Virus record (IMG/VR): IMGVR_UViG_3300045988_182772
Direction: 5' to 3' (one strand)
DNA: 64,000 bases
DNA from: a virus
Part shown: one piece after another, positions 1 to 9,278 of the stretch
How positions within the stretch are numbered: the first letter of the stretch is position 1
How the letters are laid out: the number at the start of each line of letters is the position of its first letter
Translations under genes and position numbers: made by a program
The notes under the pieces: generated by a model
The model's input: the letters and a program-made list of their open reading frames with translations, nothing else
Database searches by the model: none
Told to the model about the DNA's origin: nothing

Positions 1-1
1 C

Positions 2-1168
2 CAGGAAGAGGAGGCTCCGGCAGAAGAGAACGGTGAGGAAGAGGAAAGTGGGAAAAGGAGGTGGCTGCGCAGGAAGGCCAAATCCGATGTTGAGGATGAA
101 TCTGAGGACGGTAGGAGCAGGTTGGACGCCTTGAAGGAATCTTTGGAGCAGCCGCTATTTGAGAAAATTCCGCTGACCAGGAAGAAGCTGCTTGTCATCA
201 TCGGCGGGATGATGGTGTTGTTCATCATCGGCTCCATTGCGAGCAGTGTGCTTTTCGGCGGCAATGATACACCGTCCAACCCTACGCCGATTGAAAATCA
301 GGAACCCGTGGATGAACCAGACCCGTCCTTGAACACGATACAGGTCATTCAGGTCAAGCAGGACCTGATTCCGGGAGATGTTATCACGGAAGACGTCATT
401 CAGAGCGCCACCATCAGCGCAGAGAGCTACAATCAAATTACTCTGGGCGGAACGAATATCTACCAGTATAACCGTGCTTCCAGCCTTATCGGCAAGTATG
501 CTACCGCATATATCCCGACCGGCCAGTATCTCGCATACAACAATGTGGCGAGTGCATACACGCCGCCGAAGAATCCGTGGGTGAATGAGCAACAGGGGAA
601 GGTCTATGTGACTGCCCCTCTGGACGATGAAACCGCGACCAGCGTTCTCCTCAATTTTGGCGCGAAAGTTGATATGACGATTAAAAAGGAGACTGTCCGG
701 CAGACGGAAGCCCCGGATGATTCTCCGGACATTCCCGGAATGACGCATCAGACGACCATCTATCAAAGTGTTTCCATTGACACCTACGAAATGCAGAATG
801 TCATTGTGTGCGATATCCTGAACGCGGAGCAGGTCAGTATCTACGACGAATATACCAAGCTGATGGAGATTCCTGCTGGTGAACAGCTCAATTACCTCCG
901 TGCGGCGCTTTTGGAAGATGAAACGCTGGCAGATACCTTGACGCCCGCCTATATTCGTATCAAAATCGGCATCGACCAATCGGACGCAATCGGCGACTTG
1001 TCCGATAAGTCCATTTCCATCAAATATAAGCTCCACGACAATTCCGACATTGACACGACGACCGACGCAAAGCGCGAATACGCAGCGCAGGCAAGGGCGC
1101 TGGCGGAGACGATTCGGGATGCCATCCACGCAAACGCTGAGACGGCTGCGGAAGGAGGCGGTGACTGA
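2..1168 (+). CDS. membrane protein, 5'-partial; the frame is open back to the window edge. Acidic N-terminal region, one TM segment.
   Basis: Frame of ORF 122..1168 has no stop upstream to nt 2. TM segment LLVIIGGMMVLFIIGSIASSVLF. Confidence 0.4.
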   Translation, partial: QEEEAPAEENGEEEESGKRRWLRRKAKSDVEDESEDGRSRLDALKESLEQPLFEKIPLTRKKLLVIIGGMMVLFIIGSIASSVLFGGNDTPSNPTPIENQEPVDEPDPSLNTIQVIQVKQDLIPGDVITEDVIQSATISAESYNQITLGGTNIYQYNRASSLIGKYATAYIPTGQYLAYNNVASAYTPPKNPWVNEQQGKVYVTAPLDDETATSVLLNFGAKVDMTIKKETVRQTEAPDDSPDIPGMTHQTTIYQSVSIDTYEMQNVIVCDILNAEQVSIYDEYTKLMEIPAGEQLNYLRAALLEDETLADTLTPAYIRIKIGIDQSDAIGDLSDKSISIKYKLHDNSDIDTTTDAKREYAAQARALAETIRDAIHANAETAAEGGGD

Positions 1169-2274
1169 TGTTTCGAGGTCTGCGAAGGACAGCGCTGGCA
1201 ATTCTTACTCTGGCGCTGATACTGACTTTTCCCGTTACAGCGTCTGCCACTGACGCCGGCTTTTCCGATGTGCCAGAAACGGCACCGTATCATGATAGCG
1301 TTGTCTATCTCTCAGAACGGCAAATCGTCACAGGGACTGGCGTCGGCCAGTTCTCCCCGGACGCCCCCATTACCGTTCGGCAATGGGCGGTCATGCTCTG
1401 CCGAGCCTATGGTGTCCAAATGAAAGGCAATGGATGGATGGAGCAGAGTCAGAGCGGCGTGGATGCTGCTTACGGCAACGGTTGGCTGAGTGAGACTGCT
1501 GTCGTCTCACCAGAAACACAACTCTGCCGGAGTGCGGTTCTGGAAAGTGCGTTCGATGCCGCACAGATACCGGTCTACGACAATGTACTCTATGGAGGGA
1601 AGGCACTTAGCCGTGAGGAAAATGTCCTGCGTGTTGGACAAGAGCTGGGCTTATGTTCTGCGTCCTCGACCGTAGGTGAAAGAGTAACGAGGGGAGAGGC
1701 GGCTGTCTATCTATATGAGACATTGACACATCAATTTGTGGTCGAAGCGCCTAAATCTCCGGTCGTGTGCGAAAATCGCTCTGACGCGAATCTCAACGAT
1801 TATCTTATGGAACTGCGCTATCTTCCGGATACCGTCCTCAATGCGTTCAATGAGCACGGATGGAAGCTCGTTATCGACCATGCGTATACGGCGAAAATGG
1901 GCAAGCTGTATAATGTGTCCTGCACCGGCGTCACCAGCTATCAGGAGCGAACCATTTATGTTTCGGAAGCGGGGGCAGTCCTGCATGAGTTCGGGCATTT
2001 TATAGCAGGGGAACTGCTCAGCTTTCCTGCCAGAAGTCAGGAACTCTTCAACGCAGAAGCAAAAGATGCACCCTTCCGCAGCTATGCCAAAACAAGCAGC
2101 AACGAATATTTTGCAGATTATTTCGCTTATCTGCTGACACATTCGGATGGCAGCAAGTCCATGCAGCTTCTGAAAAAAAGCACGCCCAAAACATACGAAT
2201 ATTTCCACTCACTCACGATAAACGGTGAACCGCTTTTGGGAGGTAGTCATGCCGAAGAAGTCAAAAATTATTGA
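1168..2274 (+). CDS. secreted zinc metallopeptidase (HExxH) with SLH-like cell-wall-binding repeat
   Basis: Signal peptide MFRGLRRTALAILTLALILTFPVTASA. FSDVPETAPYHDSVVYLSERQIVTG matches an SLH-type repeat. HEFGHF matches the zincin HExxH motif. TGA/ATG overlap with the upstream gene. Confidence 0.5.
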   Translation: MFRGLRRTALAILTLALILTFPVTASATDAGFSDVPETAPYHDSVVYLSERQIVTGTGVGQFSPDAPITVRQWAVMLCRAYGVQMKGNGWMEQSQSGVDAAYGNGWLSETAVVSPETQLCRSAVLESAFDAAQIPVYDNVLYGGKALSREENVLRVGQELGLCSASSTVGERVTRGEAAVYLYETLTHQFVVEAPKSPVVCENRSDANLNDYLMELRYLPDTVLNAFNEHGWKLVIDHAYTAKMGKLYNVSCTGVTSYQERTIYVSEAGAVLHEFGHFIAGELLSFPARSQELFNAEAKDAPFRSYAKTSSNEYFADYFAYLLTHSDGSKSMQLLKKSTPKTYEYFHSLTINGEPLLGGSHAEEVKNY

Positions 2275-2812
2275 ATTCCCGCATCTCCGTGCCCTGCTGG
2301 AGCAGGATGACGCCAATCGGGCCGAAAATGCCGCAGGGAAACAGGCTTCGGACTCGGCACCGGAACCGGAGGGGGAGAAGAAATCTATCTGGCAGGAGCT
2401 GCGGGACATCGAGCTGCCGACCGCCTTGCAGTCCAAGGAAGTCATGCTCTGTACGGTCGCGGTACTGATGACGCTGACAGTCATCGTGTTGTCCATCACG
2501 CTTCTATCCGTGCGGCTGCTCATGTTTCTTCTTTTCCCCGTCTATCTTCTATACTGTGCGGTTTCTCTGCGGTTGGATTTTAAGGACGGCACTATTAGGG
2601 AACTGCCGATGATTTGCTACAGCGTACAGACAAACGCAATTTCCAACGGATTGAAAGGCTCCACGAAAGTGTGTTTCCGGACAGACGATGATGTTCCGTC
2701 TTATTTCACCTTTACACTTCCCCGCAAGGTGACGTTTTATCCGAATTGCCCATATCTCGTCTACATCAACGAAAAAACACCGCATCTGTTATATGCCTAT
2801 TTGCAGATGTGA
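2249..2812 (+). CDS. hypothetical membrane protein
   Basis: RBS ggagg then ATG (MPKKSKII...). Two to three hydrophobic TM segments. Confidence 0.4.
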   Translation: MPKKSKIIEFPHLRALLEQDDANRAENAAGKQASDSAPEPEGEKKSIWQELRDIELPTALQSKEVMLCTVAVLMTLTVIVLSITLLSVRLLMFLLFPVYLLYCAVSLRLDFKDGTIRELPMICYSVQTNAISNGLKGSTKVCFRTDDDVPSYFTFTLPRKVTFYPNCPYLVYINEKTPHLLYAYLQM

Positions 2813-2884
2813 GTACATCTTCCAGCGGCATCTATCCATACCGGATGGGTGCTGCTGTTTTTTTGCCGAAACACTCAGGCACCT

Positions 2885-3030
2885 CGGAACTCAGGAACCT
2901 GTATTCCTGTTTATCGCAATTCTGCAAATGGCAAAAAGGCCGGTATGCTGTGACCATACAAAAGAAGTATCGCAAACATAAAGAAAGTTCAGTCAGCATC
3001 CTTTACGGATACTGGCTTTTTATATATCCC
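2885..3030 (+). repeat. conserved leader element copy 1 (hairpin H1 GGTATG/CATAC; terminator-like hairpin H2 then U-tract), directly before the RBS of 3064
   Basis: ccggtatgctgtgaccatacaaaagaagtatcgcaaacataaagaaagttcagtcagcatcc-tttac-ggatactggctttttatatatc. Shares about 80% identity with five other copies. Confidence 0.6.
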
Positions 3031-3063
3031 AAATCACACAAAACAAAAAGGAGAAATGAAAAA

Positions 3064-3249
3064 ATGTTTACAAACGACTACTTTACGAAAGCAATGGGTT
3101 ATGTCATCGACGGCGAATCCCGTGGCAGCAAGGAAAGTGCAATGAAGTACCTGACGGGTTCCGGTTTCATGGAGAGACAGGAAGCGGAGAGTTATCTCGC
3201 GCATCTGTTTCGCGTGTGGCGGAATCTGTCTGCTGCAAACGCCCGTTAA
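3064..3249 (+). CDS. small hypothetical protein (61 aa)
   Basis: aaaaaggagaaatg RBS. The ORF-track 2746..3249 ORF is trimmed to the ATG after the leader element. Confidence 0.4.
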   Translation: MFTNDYFTKAMGYVIDGESRGSKESAMKYLTGSGFMERQEAESYLAHLFRVWRNLSAANAR

Positions 3250-3271
3250 TGAGTGAAAGGAGAAAGAAACT

Positions 3272-5023
3272 ATGAATCACACTTTGAATACGCCGTCTGC
3301 CAGTTGGTCAGTTGCCAGATTCCCGAAAGAGGTTCAGAACTATGCTCCGACAGTAAAGGAGCCAGCTATGTTCTCGGCACTCCGAAACGGTGGCGGCAAT
3401 GTCGCGTTGAACGCATACGCCGCACAGGCGGTTGTGGCATGGATGAAGGGCGAACACGCTGATATGGCGCTGGTCGATGTCGGCGGCTCTACCTACGCAG
3501 CGGAGCTTCCGCAGGCGGATGGTACGGTCCTGATTGCGACGGTGAACCGTCCGGACCCGAACGGCAAGACGGTCCGCCTTCGTGCGGCCATTGCGAAGCC
3601 GGTTGTGGGAACTGCGGACTATACCTTTACGTCGCTCCCCACGATTGACCGAAGCTGCGAGGTCAACCTCGCACCTATCTATCTGTGCCTGTTGCCTATC
3701 GCCACTTCCATTTGGAACGGTGTTGGTACGGACCTCTACGCTATCACGCAGCAGTATAACGCGGGAACGCCTTTTGACGAGGGCTGTTTCCGCCGCATCT
3801 GCGACACGCTGGTGGTGATGCTGAACAACAACGAGGTCGAGGTCAAGGTTCCCGGTGGGAACATTGATATCCTCACGGGAACCAGCGTCAAAAGCGGTTC
3901 TCTGTCCGGCACGGAGCTGTGCGGCAAGGCGTGTGTCCTGTGCGGCAGTATCCGCGTAACAGCAACAAAGGCGCACACATTCGCAAGCGCAAAGAAGCTG
4001 TTTTCCGCGTTCGCAGCCAGTCACAGCTGGTCAGCGGCGGAGCGGGCGCTCATTCCTCAGTTCCCAGACGATTATCCCGTCGCGCCGGAGGCAATCGACA
4101 TTGCCAAAAAGTTCGTGAATACCAGAAAGGATAAGCGTCCCATGAATAACTTCATGTGGCGCGGCATTACCTCCTATGGTAAGTCCACGGGTGTTGAACT
4201 GATGGCTGGGTTCCTGAATATCCCGCTGCTGCGTATGACGTGCAATTCCACGATGGAGACGCAGAACTTCCTCTCCGATATCATTCCCGATACGGATGGG
4301 GCGCACACAGCGGAACTGCCTGACTTCGCGGAAATCGCGGCGGACCCCGCCAGTGCTTACTTCAAGCTCACCGGCGTGGAGGACGAAGACGCGACCTGCC
4401 AGATGGCCCTTGAGGCGTATGGCAAGGCGGCGGCGAGTAACGGCTCTGTGGCGCGCTACAAGTTCGTTGAGTCGAACTATGTCAAGGCGCTGGAACACGG
4501 CTACATCGTTGAGGTACAGGAGATTTCCCGTATCCGCGACGCTGGCGTGCTCGTCGGTCTGAACGAATACGACCGCGCAGGGGCGATGATTCCGCTGGTT
4601 GATGGGCGCTTCGTGCGCCGTCATCCGGATGCGATGGTTGTTTATACCGATAACGTCGGCTATGCTTCCTGTCGTCCGGTTGACCCGTCTGTAATCCGTC
4701 GCTGTGCTTTCGTCATTGACTCTTATGAGCTGACGAAGGAGACGCTGTTGGCCCGTGTTCGGTATAACACCGGTTTCCCTGACAAGGATTTGCTGGAGAA
4801 GATGTATACGGTCTGGCTGGCAATTTCCAAGCACTGCAAGGAGAATGATATTACGGAAGGCTCTATCTCTGCGACGGAGCTTGAGATGTGGGCACAGTCG
4901 GTACAGGTCGATGGCATGAGTAATGTCCGTGAGAACTGCCGCTGCTGCGTCGTGTCGAAGGCAACTTCTGTCGTAGAGGAGCAAGAGGAGATTATGGGTT
5001 CCGTTGTGGACCTGTATCTCTGA
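3272..5023 (+). CDS. AAA+ ATPase, MoxR/CbbQ-like (AAA_5), with an N-terminal extension of unknown function
   Basis: Walker A-like GITSYGKST. Walker B and sensor region VEVQEISRIRDAG...LVDGRF. Followed by a VWA partner gene. Confidence 0.55.
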   Translation: MNHTLNTPSASWSVARFPKEVQNYAPTVKEPAMFSALRNGGGNVALNAYAAQAVVAWMKGEHADMALVDVGGSTYAAELPQADGTVLIATVNRPDPNGKTVRLRAAIAKPVVGTADYTFTSLPTIDRSCEVNLAPIYLCLLPIATSIWNGVGTDLYAITQQYNAGTPFDEGCFRRICDTLVVMLNNNEVEVKVPGGNIDILTGTSVKSGSLSGTELCGKACVLCGSIRVTATKAHTFASAKKLFSAFAASHSWSAAERALIPQFPDDYPVAPEAIDIAKKFVNTRKDKRPMNNFMWRGITSYGKSTGVELMAGFLNIPLLRMTCNSTMETQNFLSDIIPDTDGAHTAELPDFAEIAADPASAYFKLTGVEDEDATCQMALEAYGKAAASNGSVARYKFVESNYVKALEHGYIVEVQEISRIRDAGVLVGLNEYDRAGAMIPLVDGRFVRRHPDAMVVYTDNVGYASCRPVDPSVIRRCAFVIDSYELTKETLLARVRYNTGFPDKDLLEKMYTVWLAISKHCKENDITEGSISATELEMWAQSVQVDGMSNVRENCRCCVVSKATSVVEEQEEIMGSVVDLYL

Positions 5024-5089
5024 TTTTCCACACAATACGCTGAGAATGGGGGCCGCATGGTCCCCATTCTCTGAAAAAGGAGAAAGAAT

Positions 5090-7231
5090 ATGAAATACGA
5101 ACACCAGCTCAGGAAGCTGAGTTCTGAAGAGCGCAAGAACTTGAGTTCCGAAGAAATCTTCCACTCCGCTGAGTTTTCCAGCTATCTGCAAAAGATGGGG
5201 GAGACGCTGTTGCGGCATTGCGGCATCACTAAGCGACTGTCCCTGACAATTCTGCCGACAGGCATTGCACCAGGCTGGACGGACGGAAAGAAGGAGTATC
5301 TCGTACCTGAAAATACCATCACGGAGGCGTACAATGACATCTATGCCAAGTTTACGGCTCTGCTGGGTATCCATTTCCACGAAATTGCACATATCATTTA
5401 TTGCGATTTTGCAGAGGAGCAGAAGGCCATTGATAAAATCAAGGCCGGAGAGTTCTACGGAGAACTGCCGGTGCCAAAGACTCAGGCAGAGGTTGACGCA
5501 TTGACTGAAATGAAGGATGCGCTTCAGAACAGTGCGTACCGGCCGCTGTTTCAGCAGATTTTCAACGATGTGACCAACACCATTGATGACCCGCACGATG
5601 AAGGCAAAATCATCGACGAGTTTGGCGGCATAGTGGAAAAGGGAATCGCAACATCGCGTGAGGCCCTGTTTCGCAGTTTCGATTATGCGGAAAACATCCT
5701 CGCAAATGATAAGGCAACCAAGCTGCAAAAGCTCTATGCCCTGATGCTTGAGTTTGCCCGATTCGAGGATGTCTTCGCAAGAGACCTTGAACAGTGCGTG
5801 TGTGACAACGACATCATGAAGATGGTCATTGACATGGCAAAGCCCTTGAGTCAGGCCAGATGGACAGATGACGTTGCATATCGTTTTACGCAAATCAACG
5901 CAATCTTTCTTATCATGTGGCCCATCATCAAAGAGGCCCTGGATGAAGCGGAACAGCAACAGAATCAGACGGGAGCGGGAAATCCCCAGAGCAACAGCAA
6001 CGGCGATTCCAGCGATGGGCAGACCGGCTCAAACGGAAATCCTGGAAGCGGGAATCCGAACAGCTCCGGCAACACTCAGTCGATGAATCATTCTGCCGCT
6101 GCTATTCAGGCTGTTGTAAACGGCCTTGTTCAGACCGCATCGAATACCGGTGCGAACGCCGCCCCGCAGAACCAGTCCACGTCCAAAGTTGCTTCCGCAA
6201 ATCACAAGCAGGCCCAAAAGGGTCAGCAGGCGCAAGGCGGACAGAAAACTCCCTCCCAGACGAAGGCTTCGGCGAATACGAATGGGACGGACAAGCAAAT
6301 CAAAGAGGCCTTGGAAGCTATCGCACGGGGCATCAGCGACCAGAAGGCGGAGGAAAAGCTGGAGGCGGACATTACGTCCGACCTGATGGCAGAAATCCCC
6401 CAGTTGGAGCTTGGTCCCACGCATCGAGGCCATATCAGGCCACATCGCATCTTAGGCGTTACAGAGCAGGACAAAAAGCTGTATGAGCGGCAGATGGCTG
6501 ACCTGAAGGGATATTCCCGCAGGCTTCAGAAACTCATTCGGGAAGCTCTGGCTGATATCCAGCAGGGTTCTATCCTTCATCACCGCATCATTGGCAACCG
6601 CCTTGAAATCAAGAATGCCTATCGTCCGGACCAGAAGTTCTATGCCAGCAAGAAGCTGCCACAGGACTATCCGTCTATGGCGGTCAGCGTTCTGGTTGAT
6701 ATGTCCGGCTCCATGCAGGGCGCACGGATGAACTCCGCAATGCGGGCGGCCATGCTGCTCTATGACTTTGCGACGGGACTGGGCATTCCAGTCATGGTTG
6801 CCGGCCACAATACCCAGACAAGGGGATGTGCCGAATACTATGTGTTCTCCCGCTTTGATGCCATCGGGAAGCAGGATGCCTTCCGGCTTGCCAAACTGAG
6901 CACAGGGGGCTGTAACCGTGATGGCGCTGCCATCGCAGCCTCCGTTGGCCTTCTGGCAAAGAGACCGGAGGAGGTCAAGCTGATGTTTGTCATCAGCGAC
7001 GGACAGCCGAATGACGGAAACTATTCCGGCAGTAGTGCCAGAGCAGATATCCAGAATATCGTGAAATCCGCACGACGGAACGGTATCGAGGTTTTTGCGG
7101 CAGCTATTGGCAACGACAAGGAGCACATCCAGGCAATTTACGGTGACGGCTTTCTCGACATCACCGACCTGAGCGAATTTCCGAAGATGCTCACAGGGAT
7201 GGTGAAGAAGAGGATTCTGCGCAATATTTGA
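5090..7231 (+). CDS. von Willebrand factor A (VWA) domain protein with a Q/N/G/S-rich low-complexity linker (CoxE/NorD-like partner of the MoxR ATPase)
   Basis: MIDAS motif VLVDMSGSM. FVISDGQPND. Low-complexity region NQTGAGNPQSNSNGDSSDGQTGSNGNPGSGNPNSSGN. Confidence 0.6.
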   Translation: MKYEHQLRKLSSEERKNLSSEEIFHSAEFSSYLQKMGETLLRHCGITKRLSLTILPTGIAPGWTDGKKEYLVPENTITEAYNDIYAKFTALLGIHFHEIAHIIYCDFAEEQKAIDKIKAGEFYGELPVPKTQAEVDALTEMKDALQNSAYRPLFQQIFNDVTNTIDDPHDEGKIIDEFGGIVEKGIATSREALFRSFDYAENILANDKATKLQKLYALMLEFARFEDVFARDLEQCVCDNDIMKMVIDMAKPLSQARWTDDVAYRFTQINAIFLIMWPIIKEALDEAEQQQNQTGAGNPQSNSNGDSSDGQTGSNGNPGSGNPNSSGNTQSMNHSAAAIQAVVNGLVQTASNTGANAAPQNQSTSKVASANHKQAQKGQQAQGGQKTPSQTKASANTNGTDKQIKEALEAIARGISDQKAEEKLEADITSDLMAEIPQLELGPTHRGHIRPHRILGVTEQDKKLYERQMADLKGYSRRLQKLIREALADIQQGSILHHRIIGNRLEIKNAYRPDQKFYASKKLPQDYPSMAVSVLVDMSGSMQGARMNSAMRAAMLLYDFATGLGIPVMVAGHNTQTRGCAEYYVFSRFDAIGKQDAFRLAKLSTGGCNRDGAAIAASVGLLAKRPEEVKLMFVISDGQPNDGNYSGSSARADIQNIVKSARRNGIEVFAAAIGNDKEHIQAIYGDGFLDITDLSEFPKMLTGMVKKRILRNI

Positions 7232-7237
7232 GATAAT

Positions 7238-7266
7238 CCGGGCCTTCTGGCCCGGATTTCTTTTTG
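7238..7266 (+). terminator. rho-independent terminator
   Basis: ccgggccttctggcccgg followed by a T-run. Confidence 0.6.
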
Positions 7267-7295
7267 CCCTTCTTTAGTTCTTGGGTACTTCTATT

Positions 7296-7432
7296 CCTAA
7301 GAACCTATATTCCTGCACAGCGCAATTCTGTAAGCGAGAAAAAGGTCGGTATGCTGAGACCATACAAAGGAAGTATCACAAACATAATGAAAGTTCAGTC
7401 TGCACCCAACGGGCGCAGGCTTTTATATAAAT
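7296..7432 (+). repeat. conserved leader element copy 2
   Basis: ggtcggtatgctgagaccatacaaaggaagtatcacaaacataatgaaagttcagtctgcaccc-aac-gggcgcaggcttttatataa. Confidence 0.6.
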
Positions 7433-7465
7433 CAAAAAAATAACAAGTAAGGAGAATCAGAAAAA

Positions 7466-8413
7466 ATGGTAACAAATGTGATTACCAAGTGTAACGGCAA
7501 GGATAAAGTCGTTGACTTTCGCGACAAGCTGAGCCGGTCGCTGCCTGACGAGTATGCGATGATGCACCAGTCTGGCGGCAAGAAAAATGGAGGAAAGACC
7601 TTTCCCTCTGTCATCGAAATGGTCATCTGTGATTTCACGAAGGGAACGGGCGATAAAAGTGTCACCTGTTCCGTGAATATTGACCCGACCATGTTCGACG
7701 AATGGCTCACCGTTTGCCGCTGCAATGTCGGTACGATGGCTGTTCCGCTGATTGGACGTGTCGCGAAGGATGCGCAGAAGCCATGGGAGACTGTTTTGGC
7801 CCCCAATGCTGTCAATGGTCTGATGAAGTCGATTCATCGCACTGCCAGCGTTGCGAAGGCTTATGGCAGTCTTCTGAGCAAGAGCGTAAGCATTGTGGCC
7901 AAGGCCGTTAAGGGAGCAGAAAAGAAGGATATCCTCATGGCAGCCGGCACAGTTCTGAAAGAAGCCCGCACTGCTATCGCGGATGCGGACATTGGGACTG
8001 CGCTCAAATTTCCGCACCGAATGGACTACCAGTATGCCATGTCCAAGGTCAATACCTACAAGAAAGGCACGGACGGATTTGCACCGGTGTCTATGCTGAC
8101 AGTCACGCATGACAGCGTTCGTCAGGACGGAGACCTTGCAATGTATCCTTGGGTCCTGAAAATCACCAACGGCGATGCCAAGGTGATTGAGCAGGCGACC
8201 GGGGCCACGACATTCGACGGAAAATCCATGCGAAACAAGGTGGAGGTATTTATCCAGGTTTCTGACCGCGATATGTACCGCATGATGTATCGCGTAACAC
8301 GCTTCATCGAAACGTGGGAGAATGCCATGTGCATCCCCGTCATCATCGAAGGAGAGAACAAAAAGGAGGCCGAACGTCAGGAGTATCTGGCACGGCAGAA
8401 GGAAGGAGTTTAA
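7466..8413 (+). CDS. hypothetical protein (315 aa)
   Basis: aaggagaatcag RBS then ATG. No recognisable motif. Confidence 0.4.
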   Translation: MVTNVITKCNGKDKVVDFRDKLSRSLPDEYAMMHQSGGKKNGGKTFPSVIEMVICDFTKGTGDKSVTCSVNIDPTMFDEWLTVCRCNVGTMAVPLIGRVAKDAQKPWETVLAPNAVNGLMKSIHRTASVAKAYGSLLSKSVSIVAKAVKGAEKKDILMAAGTVLKEARTAIADADIGTALKFPHRMDYQYAMSKVNTYKKGTDGFAPVSMLTVTHDSVRQDGDLAMYPWVLKITNGDAKVIEQATGATTFDGKSMRNKVEVFIQVSDRDMYRMMYRVTRFIETWENAMCIPVIIEGENKKEAERQEYLARQKEGV

Positions 8414-8419
8414 TTGTAT

Positions 8420-9208
8420 ATGAGCAATAAGAATATTTTTCAGCGTGTGGCGGCAATCACCGCAGAACTGGGCGCTATTGCCAAGGACCTGACCGTTGGT
8501 GAGGGGGATAAGGCGTACAGCGCAACCTCCGAGGCTACGATTCTTGCGGCAGTCAAGCCGCTGGAAGAGAAGCACGGCGTCTTTTCTTACGCGGTCAGCC
8601 GCACCCTCGACCAGAAAATCGTCGAGAAGCCGTATATGTGGAACGGTGAGCAGCGTTTGGTCCGCTTGGTTATGGCGACGGTAACTGAGGTCTACCGTTT
8701 CGTCAACGTTGACGAGCCGACAGACTGTCTGGAGACCGTCAGCTTCGGCACGGGTATGGATTCCGGAGATAAGGCTCCCGGTAAAGCTATGACCTACGCC
8801 GATAAGTACGCTTTGATGAAGACGTACAAAATCAGCACCGGCATAGCCAATGACCCGGATTCCATTCCGTCTCCCGATGAAGGCGTTGCTTTCGTGGAGA
8901 CGAATCCCCTGATTCCGTCCTCCAAGAATAACCCCATGATTCCGGCGACCAGTCCGGCAGCCAACATCCCCGTCACCCAGCCCACACAGGCTCCGACAAA
9001 TGCGGCTGCGAATACGCAGATGTCTCTTGACGCGGCGAGACAGGTCGTCGTTCCGTTCGGCAACTACGCCAAGAAGACGCTTGGTGAGCTGATGACGATT
9101 GACCGCAGTCTGGTGGAGTTCTACGCAAGCGACCGCTTCTCCCGCAGGGATACTTACCCGCAGCTGCATGAGGCTGCACAGGTCATTACGCAGAGCAAAG
9201 CCGGTTGA
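8420..9208 (+). CDS. candidate phage-type ssDNA-annealing protein (Erf/Rad52-like)
   Basis: ggaaggag RBS. Central GTGMDSGDKAPGKAMTYADKYALMKTYKISTG resembles the Rad52/Erf signature. This is a memory-based weak call. Confidence 0.3.
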   Translation: MSNKNIFQRVAAITAELGAIAKDLTVGEGDKAYSATSEATILAAVKPLEEKHGVFSYAVSRTLDQKIVEKPYMWNGEQRLVRLVMATVTEVYRFVNVDEPTDCLETVSFGTGMDSGDKAPGKAMTYADKYALMKTYKISTGIANDPDSIPSPDEGVAFVETNPLIPSSKNNPMIPATSPAANIPVTQPTQAPTNAAANTQMSLDAARQVVVPFGNYAKKTLGELMTIDRSLVEFYASDRFSRRDTYPQLHEAAQVITQSKAG

Positions 9209-9278
9209 GCGTATCAAACACACAACGGCGGGGGTTTCTACCCCCGCCGCGCAAAAATGAAGAAAGGAGCCTGCTCGG

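Noticed and set aside
2746-3063. 5' two-thirds of track ORF 2746..3249
   Set aside because: It reads through leader element copy 1, including its terminator-like hairpin. The real gene starts at the ATG after the AAGGAGAAATG RBS (3064).
4031-5959. 642-aa minus-strand ORF. Similar long minus-strand ORFs occur at 155-1201, 3308-4024, 7457-9223, 9333-10193, 12723-13511, 13797-14678, 20579-21532, 24070-25257, 29310-30473, 31815-32873, 51591-52985, 53594-54340, 57454-58317 and 59719-60726.
   Set aside because: They run antisense to well-supported + strand genes with motifs and RBSs. They are Arg/Leu/Gly-rich as expected for shadows in high-GC DNA, with no RBSs or motifs.
9236-9248. GGCGGGGG...CCCCCGCC hairpin after the 8420-9208 gene, as a possible terminator
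   Set aside because: No U-tract follows on either strand, so it was not called an intrinsic terminator.
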